Below are positions 33,668 to 35,760 of a stretch of DNA of 35,760 nt, one piece after another. A program made the position numbers and the translations under genes. Below the pieces are notes generated by a model. The model did no database searches. It was not told where the DNA came from and worked only from the letters and a program-made list of their open reading frames with translations. Each line of letters opens with the position of its first letter. Positions within the stretch are counted from its first letter, which is position 1. This DNA is from a virus (Duplodnaviria; Caudoviricetes): IMG/VR virus record IMGVR_UViG_3300032163_001294, positions 1-35,760 of that record, one strand, 5' to 3'.

Positions 33668-34030
33668 CTTATGAGAACCAAATGGCAGAGAGAAGAGTAT
33701 GGGCGGTCAAAATAATCCAAGGAAAAGCCCGGCGGCGGCCATCACTCTTCTCTGCCAAGATTTGGGTCATATCGCTATCCGCCGGGCTTCCCTTTTAATA
33801 TCGCATTTATCGGGTTCAATATCCAGTTTTGAGTTGGCGGAAGCGCCGGGTGGACGGAGACGTCATCGTCAGCCGGCCGCCACGGGCTTTCGCCACCAGC
33901 CGTGCCCACCAACACGGCCCAGCCGGGCGGGGGGCCTTCCATACCCCCTTCCTCTCCCCGTCCGGTCTATTTATAAATCTATCTCCTCCTCCCTCCGGGA
34001 ATCAACGTTAACGAGTGGAGTCCGCTAATT

Positions 34031-34543
34031 ATGGAATCCCACGTGGAATATGAACAGAGAGTGAAACGGTTCACCCGGCCAGTTGTGCCGGGGGAGATGA
34101 CTGCGGGTCTGGCCGTGGCGTTGGGGTATGCGTTTCCCCACACGGTGGCCAACGCCCTGGCGGTGGATAACGAACGGTGTTTTACCGTGGGGCGGTGGTT
34201 CCTGCTTCAGCGGATACTGAACGATTTCCGGCCCGCCGTCTCCATGTTGGCGGAGGAGGGGTTCCATGTCTCCCGGCTGGACGGGTCGATTGTGGGGCCG
34301 ATCATGGATCCGGAACGCCGCCTGCTGGTGGAGACCGCCCGGATGATCCAGGCCCTGGACGAGTCCCGGCGCCCGGAAAGCTCCGGCGGGGTGGCCGTCA
34401 CCACCGAGGAACTCCGGGGGATCGCCATCCTCGGTAGCAACATTATCGGACTCATAAACGACGTCATCAACCCCAAACGCCACAACGCGAAGTACAGCAT
34501 GGTAGGGGTGGATTTCGATCTGGCGGAAAGGGCGATGAGATGA
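34031..34543 (+). CDS. Phage regulatory protein, possibly CII-like
   Basis: GGAG RBS; first large early gene; C-terminal PESSGGVAVTTEELRGI resembles CII-family tails. Confidence 0.5.
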   Translation: MESHVEYEQRVKRFTRPVVPGEMTAGLAVALGYAFPHTVANALAVDNERCFTVGRWFLLQRILNDFRPAVSMLAEEGFHVSRLDGSIVGPIMDPERRLLVETARMIQALDESRRPESSGGVAVTTEELRGIAILGSNIIGLINDVINPKRHNAKYSMVGVDFDLAERAMR

Positions 34544-34647
34544 CAAAACGGCTGGTAATCGCGGTGGTATGCCGGGCGAAGGACTTGCCCAGCCGGATAA
34601 AAGGGCCGTTTAAGATCAAGAGGAGGCACGGCCGTCATGTCCGCTGA
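34540..34647 (+). CDS. Small basic hypothetical peptide (35 aa)
   Basis: ATGA overlap with the upstream gene and overlap with the next start. Confidence 0.4.
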   Translation: MTKRLVIAVVCRAKDLPSRIKGPFKIKRRHGRHVR

Positions 34648-34849
34648 ACCGCAAACCGCGCGGGTTCTGTGCGCCACTTGCCAGGCTGTGGGGGACCTGT
34701 TGCATGACGACGGCTGGCGGATGTTCGATAAAAAAACCTACTGTTCCGCCGTGTGCCAGCGCGGCGGGATGGCCTCCTCCCAGGGGGCGGAGACGACGCC
34801 CCCCACGTTTCCGTCCCCGTTTTTTAACGATGATGAAGGAGGAAAATAA
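34637..34849 (+). CDS. Small Zn-finger-like protein
   Basis: AGGAGG RBS; CxxC...YCSxxC. Confidence 0.6.
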   Translation: MSAEPQTARVLCATCQAVGDLLHDDGWRMFDKKTYCSAVCQRGGMASSQGAETTPPTFPSPFFNDDEGGK

Positions 34850-34986
34850 ATGATATCGCCGGAGCCGGTTTGCGCTGGTCATGTCCTTGGGGGATATGGC
34901 CGGATAACGTTGTTTCCCAGTCGATCATCGTGATTGCGGGCCGGTTCCGGCGTTTTTTTTTAACAAATTAAACGGGAGGATATTAA

Positions 34987-35319
34987 GTGGCGGAGAACGA
35001 AAGAACGTTTCTTGACCTGCTGGCCAATCACCGGGGCGGCGCCCTGGTGGGCCTGCTGAATGACGAGTACAAAAATCTCGTGGCGTCGGTCCGGGACACG
35101 GGGAAAGCGGGGGTGTTGACCCTCACCCTGCGGTTCGGGGAACCGAGCGAGAGCGGGGCCATCCCGGTGACGGGGAAGGTGAAGTGCGCGCCGCCGGTGT
35201 GGGCGCCACTGGCGCAATATTACTTCCCCGTGGCGGACGGGGGGTTGCAACTGGATCATCCTAAACAGGCGCCCCTGTTCCCGGTGAATGTTGGGGCGAA
35301 GGAGAAACAAAATGGTTGA
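34987..35319 (+). CDS. Conserved phage protein preceding DUF2303 (YfdP-like)
   Basis: GGGAGG RBS; TFLDLL...GG...VRDTGKAGVLTLTL...GGLQLDHPKQ pattern. Confidence 0.75.
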   Translation: MAENERTFLDLLANHRGGALVGLLNDEYKNLVASVRDTGKAGVLTLTLRFGEPSESGAIPVTGKVKCAPPVWAPLAQYYFPVADGGLQLDHPKQAPLFPVNVGAKEKQNG

Positions 35320-35760
35320 CGAAAAAAACGATAGTAAAAATATCTTTACTTCCGCGATGGAGGCCGGCGCGGCGGTGGCGGCCAATGGGACTATTCAGGA
35401 GTACCCCGCGGTGGTGGCGCCGGAGGGATGGAAAGTGGCGAGCTTGGAGGAGTACCAGGATAATCCGTCTCGCCCAAAAGGGGTGGCCATTCTGGCGAAC
35501 AAGGAATCGTTCGTCGAGTATGTGGAAAGGTGCGCGGTGGAGGGGACGTCGGTTATTTTTGCGAGCTATAGATGGGAACGGCGGATCGAGGCGGTGTTCA
35601 ATTATCACATGCCGGGGAACGGAGAGGCGGGGTGGGGGGATTACGGCGCGGTGTACGAACCCAATCTGGACGTCGGCTATCAGGTGTGGATGCGCATGAA
35701 TAGCGTAACTATGAGCCAGGAGGAATTCGCGGCCCACGTGGAGGCCCGGATTCTGGATTT
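35312..35760 (+). CDS. N-terminal part of DUF2303 protein, continuing at bases 144-516 of the circle
   Basis: AAGGAG RBS, ATG 35312, open to the window end (ESFVEYV, AVFNYH, GWGDY). Confidence 0.8.
   Translation, partial: MVDEKNDSKNIFTSAMEAGAAVAANGTIQEYPAVVAPEGWKVASLEEYQDNPSRPKGVAILANKESFVEYVERCAVEGTSVIFASYRWERRIEAVFNYHMPGNGEAGWGDYGAVYEPNLDVGYQVWMRMNSVTMSQEEFAAHVEARILD
35618..35760. repeat. Terminal direct repeat, right copy
   Basis: 142/143 identical to bases 1-143. Confidence 0.97.

Larger units (their letters stand above)
1..35760. mobile_element. Complete temperate podovirus-like phage genome in circular (excised) form
   Basis: All phage modules present, no host genes, intact attP, terminal overlap. 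Confidence 0.92.

Noticed and set aside
33855-33900. Hammerhead ribozyme (minus-strand GAAA and CTGACGA)
   Set aside because: No UH cleavage site, and stems I and II cannot be formed in the required order
33699-34028. Cro-like gene
   Set aside because: No HTH pattern, weak RBS, and the region is dominated by RNA secondary structure

Overview
The window is one complete, circularised temperate phage genome of about 35,617 bp: bases 35618-35760 repeat bases 1-143 with one mismatch, and a DUF2303 gene reads across the junction. It has a P22-like podovirus layout. An XRE/CI-like repressor and an early operon (CII-like protein, DUF2303, YqaJ exonuclease, RecT, replication initiator with internal iterons, DnaC-like loader, adenine methylase) lead to a tyrosine integrase with an intact attP matching the 3' end of tmRNA (or tRNA-Ala). 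These are followed by terminase, portal, scaffold, N4-gp56-type capsid, tail, lysis and ejection genes, and by a minus-strand accessory block (RelBE-type toxin-antitoxin pair, lipoprotein, truncated YHYH gene). The most unusual element is the 2680-aa polyvalent protein (GGDEF-like, two BECR/PBECR-type nuclease, ART-like and zincin domains), whose gene appears to hide partner genes. An identical 28-bp antisense sigma70 promoter follows each nuclease domain and would produce a small, self-closing, U-terminated structured RNA. A +1-frame ORF with its own ribosome-binding site is overprinted directly behind the GGDEF domain. A solitary CRISPR-repeat-like unit (possible RNA anti-CRISPR) abuts the stop codon of this gene. 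All family assignments come from motif recognition by eye, not database searches.
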